A program made the position numbers and the translations under genes. This document shows positions 18,543 to 29,400 of a DNA stretch of 64,000 nucleotides, in pieces. Below the pieces are notes generated by a model. The model saw nothing but the letters and a program-made list of their open reading frames with translations. It did no database searches and was not told the origin of the DNA. How positions within the stretch are numbered: position 1 is the stretch's first letter; every line of letters begins with the position of its first letter. The DNA is from an uncultured bacterium (GTDB lineage Bacteria > Verrucomicrobiota > Kiritimatiellia > RFP12 > UBA1067), in assembly GCA_902780865.1 (NCBI GenBank), contig CACZHC010000001.1, positions 3,554 to 67,553 on the forward strand, in the 5' to 3' direction.

Positions 18543-21023
18543 ATGCACGGAACAAATCTACACGTTGGCGTCAAGGCGTTGCTGGTGGGATGCGCCATGT
18601 TTGCGGTTTTCCATCCAGTCACAGTCGAAGGCGCGGGTGCGAAGGGCCTCTACCAGGCCATATATGCGGGAGAGAACGTGACGACGGGCGATCCGGCGGC
18701 GGACGGCGTTGTCATTCCTGAGGGCGCGCTTCTTCTGGCGGTACAGTCGGGGAATCCGTCCATCTCGGCGACGTCCGGCGGCACGACCTACACGGTCGGC
18801 CCGAACACGACGGTCGCCTACAAGGGCGTCATGCGTCTGACGGCGGGAACGACCTACACCTTCGCCAAGAATTATGACGACTCCGGCAGTGTCAGTCTCA
18901 CGGCGCCGGGCGGCGCGAAGACGGAAGTCCTCAGGTCCACGGCATGGAACGAGGTCAAGTATGGTTCCTATACGGCGGCTGGGTCGGGCTGGTACGGGAT
19001 CGAGGTTCGGTTCGGCAACGGCAGCGGCGGCGTCGGCCCTACGACTGCTCCGTTCAACGCAGCGCCGTACGCCTCTCTTCTGTGGAACGACACTGGGCTC
19101 GCGTCCTGCACGGCGGAGAACCGCGCGTCGTGGCACCGCCTCGTGAACGACGTGACCGAGGGCGACTATCTCTACACGGAGATTCCGGTCCGCGGCATAT
19201 CCGCCGTGTACACATGCGACGGAGGGAACTTGACGGCTTCTCTGACGCTGGAATCGGGCGACACCTGCGACCTTTACGTCTGCTACGGCGCGCAGAACGG
19301 CGGCGACACGACCAACGGCTGGGATCATGTCGTCAAGGTGGGGACGGTTACCGCGGATGAGACATCCGCTACGGACACCTCGGTCTCCGGAATCGGGACT
19401 ACGGTCAGTTACGTCCGCTATGCCACATACAGCGCGGCGGCGGATGAATTCAGCTTCTCGAACGGCTATGGCGAGCCCGTCCTGTCCGATGCGCACATTT
19501 CCGCGGACGGCAACACGTTGAGGGTGCAGGCGACTCTCGCGCTCGCCGGTCTCGGCGGATCTGGCGCGACGACGGTCGAGATATACCTCGGCACTTCGCA
19601 GGACGAAATGGCGCGTGTCTATGCGTTCAATCCCGTGTCCGTGAGCGGAACGGCGCTTCAGCACGACATCACGGGGCTTGTCTTTGGCGCGATGTACTAC
19701 TGCCGTCTGCGCGCCTGGAGCGAAGACGGCGGCGTGCTGTACGAAACAACAACGGACGCGATGAAGGTGCTGATATCCGGCACGATGGTCTGGAACGGCG
19801 CGGGGACGGACTGGAACTCCGCTTCGTCCTGGGATGGAGGCGCATATCCCGTTGCCGGTCTGTCGGCGCAGTTCCCGTCGGCCGGCGGACGCGTCGAGGC
19901 AGCGGCGGACGGAGCGGCGGACGCGCTCAGCGTCGCGACGGACACGCCAATCACCTTCGCCTTCGGCGATCACGCGCTCACGCTGGACAAGACGGAGTTC
20001 GCGACGGAAAAGAAATCCGATGTCACGCTCGAGTCCGGAACTTTCGACTTCGGCGTGTTTTCCTACGTGAAGAAGACGGAGGACAATCTGCTCACCGTGA
20101 AGAAGGACGCCGCGCTGACGCTGCCCGCAGCCATGGCCGTGCAGACATGCCGGAACAAGTGGGTGATCGACGGCGGCCGTTTGACGACAACGGGCACGTT
20201 CTCCCTGTCAACGCGTTCGGGAAGCAACGGGAACAGCACAGACGGCTCCAGCGTTACGCTCCAGAACAGGGCGGTCTGGCAGGCTGCGGCGATCAAGTGC
20301 GGCTGCTGGCACAACGCAAAGATCGCGGTGCTGTCCGGCTCGACGCTGACGGCCGGAAGCGTCACGATATCCAACGACCAGGATTCTGGCAGCGGCAACG
20401 GAATGATCGTCAGCAACGCTACGGCAACGGTATCCGGTCTCGCGGTCTGTTCTGATGACCGGCATGGAAGTTCATATCTGCGACTCTACCAGGATGAAGG
20501 TCAGACGGCGTCGCTGACGGTGACGGGGAGCATGAGCGTCTCGTCGGAGGGGAATGGCTGCCGCCATGGAAGGAACAACCGCGTCGACCTCGCGGGCGGC
20601 ACGCTGACTGTCGGCGACAGCCTGCGCGTGAGCTCGAATCCGAACAATCCCCTTACGGGGCAGACCAACGTCGTGTCCATCTCGCGTGCATCGTCGCGTT
20701 TTGCCGTGACGAAGAAGGTGTCGTTCCAGCGCGACACGAAAGTTGCATTCACCGTTCCGGCCGAGGGCTATGCGGCCGAAGCCGTCTTCACCGCGGGCAC
20801 TACGATGGTATTCTCCGAACAGGCGAGCGTTACCGTAGACGCGACGGCTGTGCGGAAGTCGATGAACATTAAGCTCCTCAAGGCGGGGACTGCACTTTCC
20901 GGACTGACGGCAGAACGTGTGGCTGTTACGGCCCGTCCCAAATGGACGAGCAAAGTGAAGATTGATGAAACTTCGCTTGTGGTTCACGTTGGAGCCCCTG
21001 GTTTTAGCATAGTCGTGCGCTGA
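18543..21023 (+). CDS. Large secreted surface protein with an N-terminal PA14-like domain and beta-rich repeats; ends ..GAPGFSIVVR
   Basis: Signal peptide. GLYQAIYAGENV...GWYGIEVRFGNGSGG resembles a PA14 domain. Thr/Ser/Gly-rich beta repeats. Shares the C-terminal hydrophobic-Arg tail family. Confidence 0.5.
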   Translation: MHGTNLHVGVKALLVGCAMFAVFHPVTVEGAGAKGLYQAIYAGENVTTGDPAADGVVIPEGALLLAVQSGNPSISATSGGTTYTVGPNTTVAYKGVMRLTAGTTYTFAKNYDDSGSVSLTAPGGAKTEVLRSTAWNEVKYGSYTAAGSGWYGIEVRFGNGSGGVGPTTAPFNAAPYASLLWNDTGLASCTAENRASWHRLVNDVTEGDYLYTEIPVRGISAVYTCDGGNLTASLTLESGDTCDLYVCYGAQNGGDTTNGWDHVVKVGTVTADETSATDTSVSGIGTTVSYVRYATYSAAADEFSFSNGYGEPVLSDAHISADGNTLRVQATLALAGLGGSGATTVEIYLGTSQDEMARVYAFNPVSVSGTALQHDITGLVFGAMYYCRLRAWSEDGGVLYETTTDAMKVLISGTMVWNGAGTDWNSASSWDGGAYPVAGLSAQFPSAGGRVEAAADGAADALSVATDTPITFAFGDHALTLDKTEFATEKKSDVTLESGTFDFGVFSYVKKTEDNLLTVKKDAALTLPAAMAVQTCRNKWVIDGGRLTTTGTFSLSTRSGSNGNSTDGSSVTLQNRAVWQAAAIKCGCWHNAKIAVLSGSTLTAGSVTISNDQDSGSGNGMIVSNATATVSGLAVCSDDRHGSSYLRLYQDEGQTASLTVTGSMSVSSEGNGCRHGRNNRVDLAGGTLTVGDSLRVSSNPNNPLTGQTNVVSISRASSRFAVTKKVSFQRDTKVAFTVPAEGYAAEAVFTAGTTMVFSEQASVTVDATAVRKSMNIKLLKAGTALSGLTAERVAVTARPKWTSKVKIDETSLVVHVGAPGFSIVVR

Positions 21024-21040
21024 CATTCATCTGTCTGGAA

Positions 21041-21853
21041 ATGAACAGACGTGAGTTCTTGAAGCGTGGCGTGATTGCGGGCGTCGTGGCGGCGTTCTCG
21101 CCTGAGGCGTTCGCGTCCGCGCTCGCGCAGGGGCAAGGGCGGAAGACGCTGGTTCTCGGAGGAAGCGCCTTCGCGCTCGGATACGCGCTCTCGCATCCCA
21201 ACGAGACGGTCGTGCTCGAGCGCGGCATCCTTCTCGCGCCCGAGTTCTCCGCGACGGGGGACTACGCCGAGCCGGGCGCGGCGAAAAGTCCGCTCGGGCG
21301 CGAGCTCCTCGCCGCGCTCGAGAAGTGCGGACTCCTCAGGGACGGGAAGGTGGAGCTTCCGCCGCTCGCGGACTTCATGTCGGAGTTCTTCGCGGCGCAC
21401 GGAGGCCGCGCCTTCCTGAACGCCGAGCTCGTGTCCGTCGAGACGCCGCGCCGCGGGTCGTTCCGCCTCGGGATCTTCGGCAGCGCATACACGGGTGTCA
21501 AGACATTCACAGTCGACAGTTTTCTCGACACGACGCCGACGGGGTGGCGCGACCTCGGCGCGGACGCGGTGAAGGCGAAGGTTTTCCGCGCGATCACCGA
21601 CCGCGGCGCATTTGCCGCGGAGTTGCCGGCGGACGCGGACTGGCACCGCGCGCGGATAGCGCTCCACGAGGAGTTCGCGCGGCGAGGAGACGGCGCGAGG
21701 ATCCTCGCGGAGGCGAACGGATTCGAGTATTCATACGGCGGCGCGAAAGTCGAGCGGAAGACCTCAGCGGGCTTCGTGTGGAAGCCGTCCGCGCAGTACA
21801 GTACGCTTCTTGATGCATTCGAAGAGGGAGTCGCATGGAATACGATGTCATAG
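21041..21853 (+). CDS. Tat-signal protein with an N-terminal Rossmann-like (FAD/NAD-binding-like) segment; function unknown
   Basis: MNRREFLKRGVIAGVVAAF twin-arginine motif. KTLVLGGSAFALGYAL...ETVVLERG dinucleotide-binding-like pattern. Overlaps the next gene by 19 nt. Confidence 0.45.
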   Translation: MNRREFLKRGVIAGVVAAFSPEAFASALAQGQGRKTLVLGGSAFALGYALSHPNETVVLERGILLAPEFSATGDYAEPGAAKSPLGRELLAALEKCGLLRDGKVELPPLADFMSEFFAAHGGRAFLNAELVSVETPRRGSFRLGIFGSAYTGVKTFTVDSFLDTTPTGWRDLGADAVKAKVFRAITDRGAFAAELPADADWHRARIALHEEFARRGDGARILAEANGFEYSYGGAKVERKTSAGFVWKPSAQYSTLLDAFEEGVAWNTMS

Positions 21854-23559
21854 TCGTCGGACTTGGCACGGCTGGCGTGGAAGCGTTCAGGACCTCCGTC
21901 GAATGCGGGCTCAGGACGCTCGGCATCGAGCGGCTGAACGGAATGGGCGGCGTCGGCACGGTCGGTTGCATCTCCTTCGGCGGCGACATCCCGAAGCTCC
22001 TGCACGACTACGAGAAGGCGGCGGAGAAGGGCGAGGTCGCGTACGAGTCTGCGGTCATCGGAGTGCAGCGCAAGGGGAATCGTATTGCATGTGTGACTTA
22101 TGTCACGAACGGCGTAGTCCGCGAGGCGTCCGCGAAAATCGTCATCGACGCGAGCGGGAACGCCACCATCGGCGCGCTTGCGAAGCTTCCGCTGCGGCGC
22201 GGATGTGACTTCGACGGCACGATGGCTCCTTGCTCGCGCGCGGAAAGCTGGATGAACGCAGGCGGCGGAATCCGCCCGATCTACCGCAACTACCAGGAGG
22301 ACACTTCCGCGGACTCCCTGGACGCGCTTTCCGCGACGGCGGCGAAACTCACTCGCGGACGCCATCAGTTCTGGTGTCAGAACAGGGCGAAGCAGCGGAT
22401 GCTGCGTCCGTCGCCCGCAGTAGGCGCGCGTGAGGAGCCGCGCTACGTCACCGAGCGCATCCAGACGCTCGCCGAGGTTCTTGCGGAGACCCCGGTGGAG
22501 GATCCGATCTTTTACGCCTGGACGCCCGAGGACCTGCCGGTGACGGACCGCGCCGTCGCTTTCGAGAGCGAGGCGATACAGAACTGGAAGTTCCTCTGCG
22601 ATCTGCCGATGTTCGGATATCCTTCGACGATTTCGTACCGCACACTCGTCGTCAAGGGCATTGCCAACCTTCTTTGCCCCTCGAAGCACTTCGGCGTCGC
22701 GCACGATCTTGGCGGGGGGCTTCGCATGCAGGGCGAGATGCGCAAGGCGGGCAAGGCCGCGGCGCTTGCGGCGAAGCTGGCGATTGAGAAGGGCGTCGCC
22801 GTTAAGGACGTTCCGTATGCGGAGCTCAAGCCGTTCCTCGAGAAGGCGAGAACGCTGCGCAGTCCGTTGAAGACGATTGTCACTTCGTACCACGGCTATG
22901 CCTTCACGCCCTACGACGACGCACAGGTTGTCGAAGAACTTAGACGCGATGTGACGCGCACGCCGGAGTGGTGGTTTGCGAAGTCCGAGAACGCGCCGTG
23001 CGAACGGTCTGCCTACGCCTACTGGACCGCGTGGAAGCGCGGCATGGACGGAAAAGGGCGTCCGCTCGCGGACGCGCTCGAACGTGAGATGTCAGCCGGC
23101 GGCAGATTCGCCGCGAACTACACGATCGCGCTTGGGCTTATGAAGGACGCGCGCTGCGTTCCCGTGCTGCGGCGTCTCGTCGCGGAGCCTGGATGCGAAA
23201 TCGACCCTGTGATCGAAAAGGCGATACCGAACCGCTTCAAGGCGATTGCGCTTCTCGGGCGATTCAAAGACGAGAAGTCGGTAGCGCCGCTTGTGGAAAT
23301 CGTCAAGGACGACGCAAGGGGATTCACCCGCGACATCGCCGGATGCCGCGCCTACGAGAGCGCGGATCTCTACCGCTTCCAGGCGCTGTCGTACGCGCTC
23401 ATGGCGCTCAGGTCGATCCTCGCAGCGCATCCCGACGCGAAGGTGACGGCGGAGCTGGAGGCGTGGCGGACACGTCCGCTTGTCATCAAGGGATATGACG
23501 GATTCGATCTTGCCGCAAGATTGAAAAAGGTCTGCTTCACCAAGAAAGGGAAAGGATAA
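21835..23559 (+). CDS. FAD-dependent oxidoreductase family protein with C-terminal HEAT/PBS-like repeats
   Basis: MEYDVIVVGLGTAGVEAF GxGxxG motif. ..LGIERLNGMGGVG.. C-terminal VPVLRRLVAEPGCEIDPVIEKAIPNRFKAIALLGRFKDEKSVAPLVEIVKDD repeat-like. Confidence 0.55.
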   Translation: MEYDVIVVGLGTAGVEAFRTSVECGLRTLGIERLNGMGGVGTVGCISFGGDIPKLLHDYEKAAEKGEVAYESAVIGVQRKGNRIACVTYVTNGVVREASAKIVIDASGNATIGALAKLPLRRGCDFDGTMAPCSRAESWMNAGGGIRPIYRNYQEDTSADSLDALSATAAKLTRGRHQFWCQNRAKQRMLRPSPAVGAREEPRYVTERIQTLAEVLAETPVEDPIFYAWTPEDLPVTDRAVAFESEAIQNWKFLCDLPMFGYPSTISYRTLVVKGIANLLCPSKHFGVAHDLGGGLRMQGEMRKAGKAAALAAKLAIEKGVAVKDVPYAELKPFLEKARTLRSPLKTIVTSYHGYAFTPYDDAQVVEELRRDVTRTPEWWFAKSENAPCERSAYAYWTAWKRGMDGKGRPLADALEREMSAGGRFAANYTIALGLMKDARCVPVLRRLVAEPGCEIDPVIEKAIPNRFKAIALLGRFKDEKSVAPLVEIVKDDARGFTRDIAGCRAYESADLYRFQALSYALMALRSILAAHPDAKVTAELEAWRTRPLVIKGYDGFDLAARLKKVCFTKKGKG

Positions 23560-23564
23560 AAACC

Positions 23565-26312
23565 ATGGGAAAACGCTTTCTCGCATTTCTAATTGCACTT
23601 GCGTCCGGACTGTGCTGGGCGGCAGAGGGAAATCTCGCCGCCTCTAACGGCGGACGGTTCGCCTTTGTTGACCGTCCCGAAAACTGCTTCGAGCCGATGC
23701 TGTTCGACGCAAGTTGGGGACACTGCCGCGCTTTCGGTGGATGGAACGACGAAAATGGCGGCGCGGACGGACCTTGGACGCGCACCTTCCGGATCGTCGG
23801 CAAAGACGAGTCGCCTATTGTGCGTGGAAAGGTGACGTATGACCTTCGCCGCGATGCCGCGACTAACGAACTCGTGTCGCATTTCACATGGGAGTTCACC
23901 GCAGTAAAGGACTTTGAGGGGAAGGGCTTCTGCCTCGCATGGACGCTTCCTTGCGAACAGTATGCCGCCAACGCCTCGGCGGGAAAGGTCGTCTTCGGTG
24001 ACAAGACAGTGGAGCTGCCGCAGAAATATGGCGTTACGCATTTGGGCAACGCAACTTGCGACACGCTAGAGATCGCCGCTCCAGCTGGTGCGCCCCTTCG
24101 CATAAAGCTCGAGCAGCCCACGTGGTGCATGGTGCAGGACGACCGCCAGTGGAACAATCCATGTTTCACGTTGCGCATGGCAATCGGCGACGGCAAGCTC
24201 AAGGCCGGCGAAAAGCGGACCTTTTCGATGACAATGCGCGGCGTTTCGTCCTTTGTCCGCGACGGCAAATACACCGTGCAGGCGAGCGACGACTGGGTGC
24301 CGGTCTGTGACACGACGGCCGTCAAGGCCGGCTCCGCGCTCGACTTTTCCGCTGCAGGATGGATTGATGCGCCCGCCGGGAAGCACGGACGCGTCATTCG
24401 CAAGGGCGACCATTTCGAGTTCACTGGAAGACCTGGCGTAAAGCAGCGCTTCTACGGCGTCAACCTCTGCTTCTCCGCGAACTACATGAGCGCGGCCGAC
24501 GCCGAAGAGCTTGCGACGCGTCTTTCGCGCCTCGGCTACAACGCACTGCGCATACACCACTACGAGCGCGAACTCTGCGACAGGAAGGACGGTACGACGA
24601 TCCGCCCCGAGAAGATGGCCGAGCTCGACAACCTCTTGAACGCCTGCATCCGCCACGGCATATACCTGACGACAGACCTTTTCGTCTCGCGGAACGTCCC
24701 CTGGCGTTCATGCGGCATTGACCGCGACGGCGTAGTTCAGATGAAGGAATACAAGGAGCTTGTGCTCTTCCACGATGGCGCCTTCAGGAACTATCTCGAC
24801 TTCTCGCGCCAGCTTCTCAACCACGTCAATCCGGAGACCGGTCGCCGTTGGGCCGACGAGCCGGCCTTCGCGTTCCTCGCGCTCATAAACGAAGGGAATC
24901 CCGGCAACCATGGCTACGGCTTCATGAAGAACCTGCCAGAGGCGAAGGCGGCATGGGAGAAGTGGCTTGCCGCGCACAAGGCGAAAGAGCCCAAGACATA
25001 CGCCAAGATCACGGACAAGGTGCCGGACAACTGCTGGGAGAATACGCCGCAGAATTGCGCGTACGCGCTCTTCCTTACCGATATAGAAATCGACTTTGCC
25101 AAGCGTATGACGGCTTTCATCCGCGAGGAGATCAAGTCGCAGGTGCTTCTCACCGACCTTTCCTGCTGGAAGAACGCGATTGAGTACCAGCTCGTCCGCA
25201 CGCACTACGACTATGTAGACGACCATTTCTACGTGGACCATCCTAAGTTTCTCGAGAAGGACTGGCAGCTGCCGAGCAGCTGTCCGAACTCAAATCCAGT
25301 TCGCGGGGCGAACGCCGGCTTCGAGGCGGTCGCCAAGCATCGACTCCTCGACCGTCCGTTCACGCTCACCGAATTCAACTACTCGGGTCCGGGGCAGTTT
25401 CGCGGCGTAGGCGGCATGATGCTGGGGGCACAGGCCGCACTCCAGGAATACGACGGCATCTGGCGCTTCGCCTGGAGCCATAACGCCGAGGGCCTGCTCA
25501 AGCCGCAGTCAATCCACTACTTCGACGTCGCAAAGGATCCGCTTCAGCGTGCGACCGAGCGCGCCGTAACGATGCTATACTTGCGAGGCGACATGAAGCC
25601 GCTTAAGCGCACGCACGCGGTCGTCTTCCCTGAGAAGGCGCTCCGCAGCGACTTCAGCTGCGGCCCCCAGGCGGACATCAAGGACATGTGGTTCGGGTGG
25701 CACGCCCGCTTCGGTACACTAATCGCCGACGCGCTCCCGACGGGAGCGACTTCGGGCGGACTCTTCCCGGAGATATACTCGCGCACGTCCGACGACTACC
25801 GACGCTGGGCCGAAGGATCGCGTCCCGGTGACGGGCAGGTGATCATTGACCGCGAGGAGGGGTTTTTTGGCGTCGATACGCCGCGCACCGTCGGTTTCTT
25901 CGCGGAGGCGGGTGAGCGCACTGTCGGGCCTCTTACTGCGAAGCTCGACGGAAAAGTTCCGGCCGCAGTCTGGGTGAGCGCACTGGACGATGCGCCGATT
26001 ACCTCGTCAAAGCGGCTTCTGCTTACGCATGTCGCGGACGTTCAGGACGAGGGGACGGTCTATGCGGACGGCACGAAGAAAGTGCTTCTCAAGTGGGGCC
26101 ATCTCCCGCACCTCATGCGCAGGAGCGCGGCGGAGGTGACGCTCAAGTTCGCCGACGCGAGGCCCTGCAAGGTATACGCCCTCGCGTCTGATGGCATGCG
26201 CCGCGGCGAAGTGCCGGTCGTTCAGAAGGGCGGCAATGTTTCCTTTGTGGCGAATACTGCCCGCGATCACGCCGAGGCGACTTGCTATTACGAAATTGTC
26301 CGTCTCCCATAA
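23565..26312 (+). CDS. Secreted putative glycoside hydrolase (TIM-barrel, clan GH-A-like) with N- and C-terminal accessory domains
   Basis: Signal peptide MGKRFLAFLIALASGLCWAA. YGVNLCFSANYMSAADAEELATRLSRLGYNALRIHHYE and LTEFNYSGPGQ resemble a GH5/GH42-type (beta/alpha)8 barrel. Confidence 0.45.
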   Translation: MGKRFLAFLIALASGLCWAAEGNLAASNGGRFAFVDRPENCFEPMLFDASWGHCRAFGGWNDENGGADGPWTRTFRIVGKDESPIVRGKVTYDLRRDAATNELVSHFTWEFTAVKDFEGKGFCLAWTLPCEQYAANASAGKVVFGDKTVELPQKYGVTHLGNATCDTLEIAAPAGAPLRIKLEQPTWCMVQDDRQWNNPCFTLRMAIGDGKLKAGEKRTFSMTMRGVSSFVRDGKYTVQASDDWVPVCDTTAVKAGSALDFSAAGWIDAPAGKHGRVIRKGDHFEFTGRPGVKQRFYGVNLCFSANYMSAADAEELATRLSRLGYNALRIHHYERELCDRKDGTTIRPEKMAELDNLLNACIRHGIYLTTDLFVSRNVPWRSCGIDRDGVVQMKEYKELVLFHDGAFRNYLDFSRQLLNHVNPETGRRWADEPAFAFLALINEGNPGNHGYGFMKNLPEAKAAWEKWLAAHKAKEPKTYAKITDKVPDNCWENTPQNCAYALFLTDIEIDFAKRMTAFIREEIKSQVLLTDLSCWKNAIEYQLVRTHYDYVDDHFYVDHPKFLEKDWQLPSSCPNSNPVRGANAGFEAVAKHRLLDRPFTLTEFNYSGPGQFRGVGGMMLGAQAALQEYDGIWRFAWSHNAEGLLKPQSIHYFDVAKDPLQRATERAVTMLYLRGDMKPLKRTHAVVFPEKALRSDFSCGPQADIKDMWFGWHARFGTLIADALPTGATSGGLFPEIYSRTSDDYRRWAEGSRPGDGQVIIDREEGFFGVDTPRTVGFFAEAGERTVGPLTAKLDGKVPAAVWVSALDDAPITSSKRLLLTHVADVQDEGTVYADGTKKVLLKWGHLPHLMRRSAAEVTLKFADARPCKVYALASDGMRRGEVPVVQKGGNVSFVANTARDHAEATCYYEIVRLP

Positions 26313-26323
26313 TTGTTCCGCAA

Positions 26324-26352
26324 TTGACAATTGCACGGGTTTGGTGTAGCAT
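26324..26352 (+). promoter_or_regulatory. Consensus-like sigma70 promoter TTGACA-N17-TAGCAT located just upstream of promoter box copy 2
   Basis: Read from sequence. Embedded in the palindromic GCAATTGaCAATTGC. Confidence 0.3.
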
Positions 26353-26394
26353 ATACTTTCGTATATTCCGCATTCTGGGGACATTTGGTAAAAT
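26352..26394 (+). promoter_or_regulatory. Promoter box copy 2: TATAC-TTTC-GTATA followed by TTCCGC-N18-TTTGGTAAAAT
   Basis: Read from sequence. Followed by an 11-codon uORF (26433..26468) containing the 8-bp inverted repeat TATTGGTC..GACCAATA, before the main ATG at 26484. Confidence 0.55.
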
Positions 26395-26483
26395 CGCACA
26401 AAACTGTTTCCAGAATTTGGAGCCAAGTGGGGATGAGAGATGAGTATTGGTCGGATAATGACCAATAAAATGGGGGTATAGAA

Positions 26484-29400
26484 ATGAAGAATTGTCATAG
26501 ACACGCAGCCAGGGCGCTTTGCTCGGTGGCTGGAATGTTGTTTGCAGCTTCGGCTTTTGCCGCAGATGATGCGGACGTCACCGGCCTCGTGCCAACGGTC
26601 TTCATGGACTTCGAAGCATCCAGTCTGGCGAACAAGGGCTCGGCAAGTGCCTCGTTCAAGGACGAAGGAACAAAAAAATACAGTAGCGGGGCTAATGGCG
26701 GCTATGCGCTTGATACGTCAAGCTTCACGCCGTATACGTCGAGTAGCGGTTCTTTCTCTACGGCCGGTGAGCCAATCACCGTCTCCGCCGTCATGACGCT
26801 TGGCACGAACACGAACGGCATCACTCTGAACGTCCGCTCGGCCGCCGGCGACCTGATCATCCGCCGCGGCGCCGACACGGGCTCGCTCGTCATCGGCTTC
26901 GGCTCGCAGGGGGCGGTTTCGACGGCAGTTTTGAACGCGACCTTTGCCGACGGCGATGCTGCCTGGCATCTCGTTTCCGTAGTCGCTGGTTCGACGGGCA
27001 CTGGACTCTACGTTGATGGCGTTCTCGTCGGTTCCACGACGGACACCACTCTGTGGAGCCCTACGGGCGTCCTGAGCGACATGCAGTTCGGATCGCACTT
27101 TGGAGGGCTCAAGACAGGCGATGTCAAAAATGGCGGCTGTATCGATGACCTCCGCATCCACGCTGCGGCGCTTACCACTGTCCAGATGACGGCGATCGCC
27201 GTCGAATACGGGATCGTCGTCCCGGAAGGACACATCGCCGTCCGAGCGTCGGGCGAGCCGACGGTCGGCAAGAACACGTTCTCGACGACCTGGTCGCTGG
27301 ACATCGCCCCGGACGACAGGGCCGAGGCCGCCCTCGTCTACGGTTCGGACGCCGCGCTGTCGACACCGACGACGAACGCTCTCGGCTCGGCCCTTTCCGC
27401 CGGAGACTACACGGCGTCCCTTGCCGGCCTTTCCCCCGGCACGACGTACTGGTGGAAGATCGTCGCGAGCAACGGCGTCAACCGGGCCGAAACGGACACG
27501 GCGTCGTTCCGCACGCTCGACGAGATCGTCCCGACGGACTACGCCAGTCGCATCCCCGCCGCCATCTCCGGCTATGCCGGGACGGATACGCTCACGAACT
27601 TCCCCGTCCTCGTGAAACTCGCCGCTGGACAGCCCGCCGGCTTCGACTACGCCGACTGCGCGGAGGACGGCGCGGATATCCGCTTCGCGTCCCCGGACGG
27701 CACGGTGCTGCCGCACGAAATCGACACGTGGAACACGAACGGCGAGTCGCTTGTCTGGGTGAAGATCCCGGCGATCGCCGGCACGGCCACGGCGTTCGCG
27801 ATGTACTACGCCGCGCCGGACCCGGCGAGGCTTCCGCCGGTCGATCCGCACGACGTCTGGACCGCGGCCGGACACCGCGCCGTGTGGCACTTCGCCGCGG
27901 ACGCGACGGAGTCCGCGCAGGGCCTGGTCGCCTCCACGGTCACCGGCACCCCGTCCTACGAGAACGACGGCGCCGTCGGCAAGTGCTGGCAGAGCGCGGG
28001 CGCGGCGTGGCTGCAGTACGCGAACGACGCCTCGTGGAGCAGGCTCGGCCCCGATTCGACGCTCACGATCTCCGTCTGGGCCAAGTTCGACTCCTCTTCC
28101 TACGGTTACAACCGTATCCTCTCCGCAATGTCGAGCTGGGAAAATCCGGCCGGCTACGAACTGACCGTCCAGAACAACAAGAACCAGATCACAGTCGGCT
28201 CGAGCGGCAAGAGCCAATACCAGAAGGTCGTTTCGCCGGGGCCGTCGGACGAGATGGTCTACCTCACGGCCGTCTACAACGCCGACACCTACGCGGACCT
28301 CTACGTGAACGGCGTCCTGCAGGAGCACAAGCAGCTCAATCCGCTCGTGTGGCCGACGGAGGCGATGACGGTCGCCTGCGTGGCCGGCGGCGGCAACGTC
28401 TGGAACGGCAAGCTGGACGAGCTCCGCCTCCACGCGGCCGCCGAATCGGCCGACTGGGTCAAGGCCTGCTACGACACGATGGCGGCGCCGACGTCGTTCG
28501 TCGCCCTCTCGCCGGCCGAATCGACCGACCCGGACCTGCCGCGGTTCGGCGCAGTTTCCGCGTCCGACGCGAACGGCGTCGCGACCTTCACCGTTCCGCT
28601 CACCGAGCCCGGCTACGGCGGCGAAGTCCCGACCGCCGTTTCGGTCTTCTACGGGACCGACGGCGAAACCTGGACGGAGCTTTCCCTCGGTTCGACGAAC
28701 GAGGCCGCGACGCTGACCGTCTCGGCGTCCGGGTTCGCGGTCGGCGTCCGGTACCTCTGGTACGCCGTCGCCACCGCGACGAGCGGCGGCACGCCCAAGA
28801 CGACGGTCTCCCAACCGCAGTCGTTCGTCGCCAGGGCCTTCGACCCGACGGGGGACTACAAGTCCTTCACGGCGACCGTCGTCTGGGACGGTGCGCCCGC
28901 GGAGAACCTCCCGTTCCTGCTGCGCATCTCCGAGGGCGGAATCAACGGCTTCGACTACGACGACGTCACGGCGTCCGGCCTCGAGATCCTCGACGCGGAC
29001 GGCCACCTGCTTCCCTTCGAGATCGACACGTGGAACACGGACGGCGAATCGCTCGTCTGGGTCCTTCTGCCCGTCTACGAAAACGGCGCGACGGTTACCG
29101 TCCGCTACGGCGCCCCGTTCGCCAACGCGCCGATTCCCGCGACGAACGTCTGGGCGGCCTATGTCGCCGTGTGGCACATGAACGAAATCCTCGTCGACGC
29201 CGATTCCGGCAACCACTACACGCCCGATTCCTCCGCGAGCGGCTGGCATGCCTACAAGTCCGACGAGGCGGACACCGTTCTGTCGCCTGTGACAACCGCG
29301 CCCGGAGCCTCCGCGCATCCGACGCCCCTCACCGGGACTGCGATGAACATCGCCTACGGCGCTGGGAAGTCGAGCTCGTCCCTCGGCGGCTTCCGTGTCC

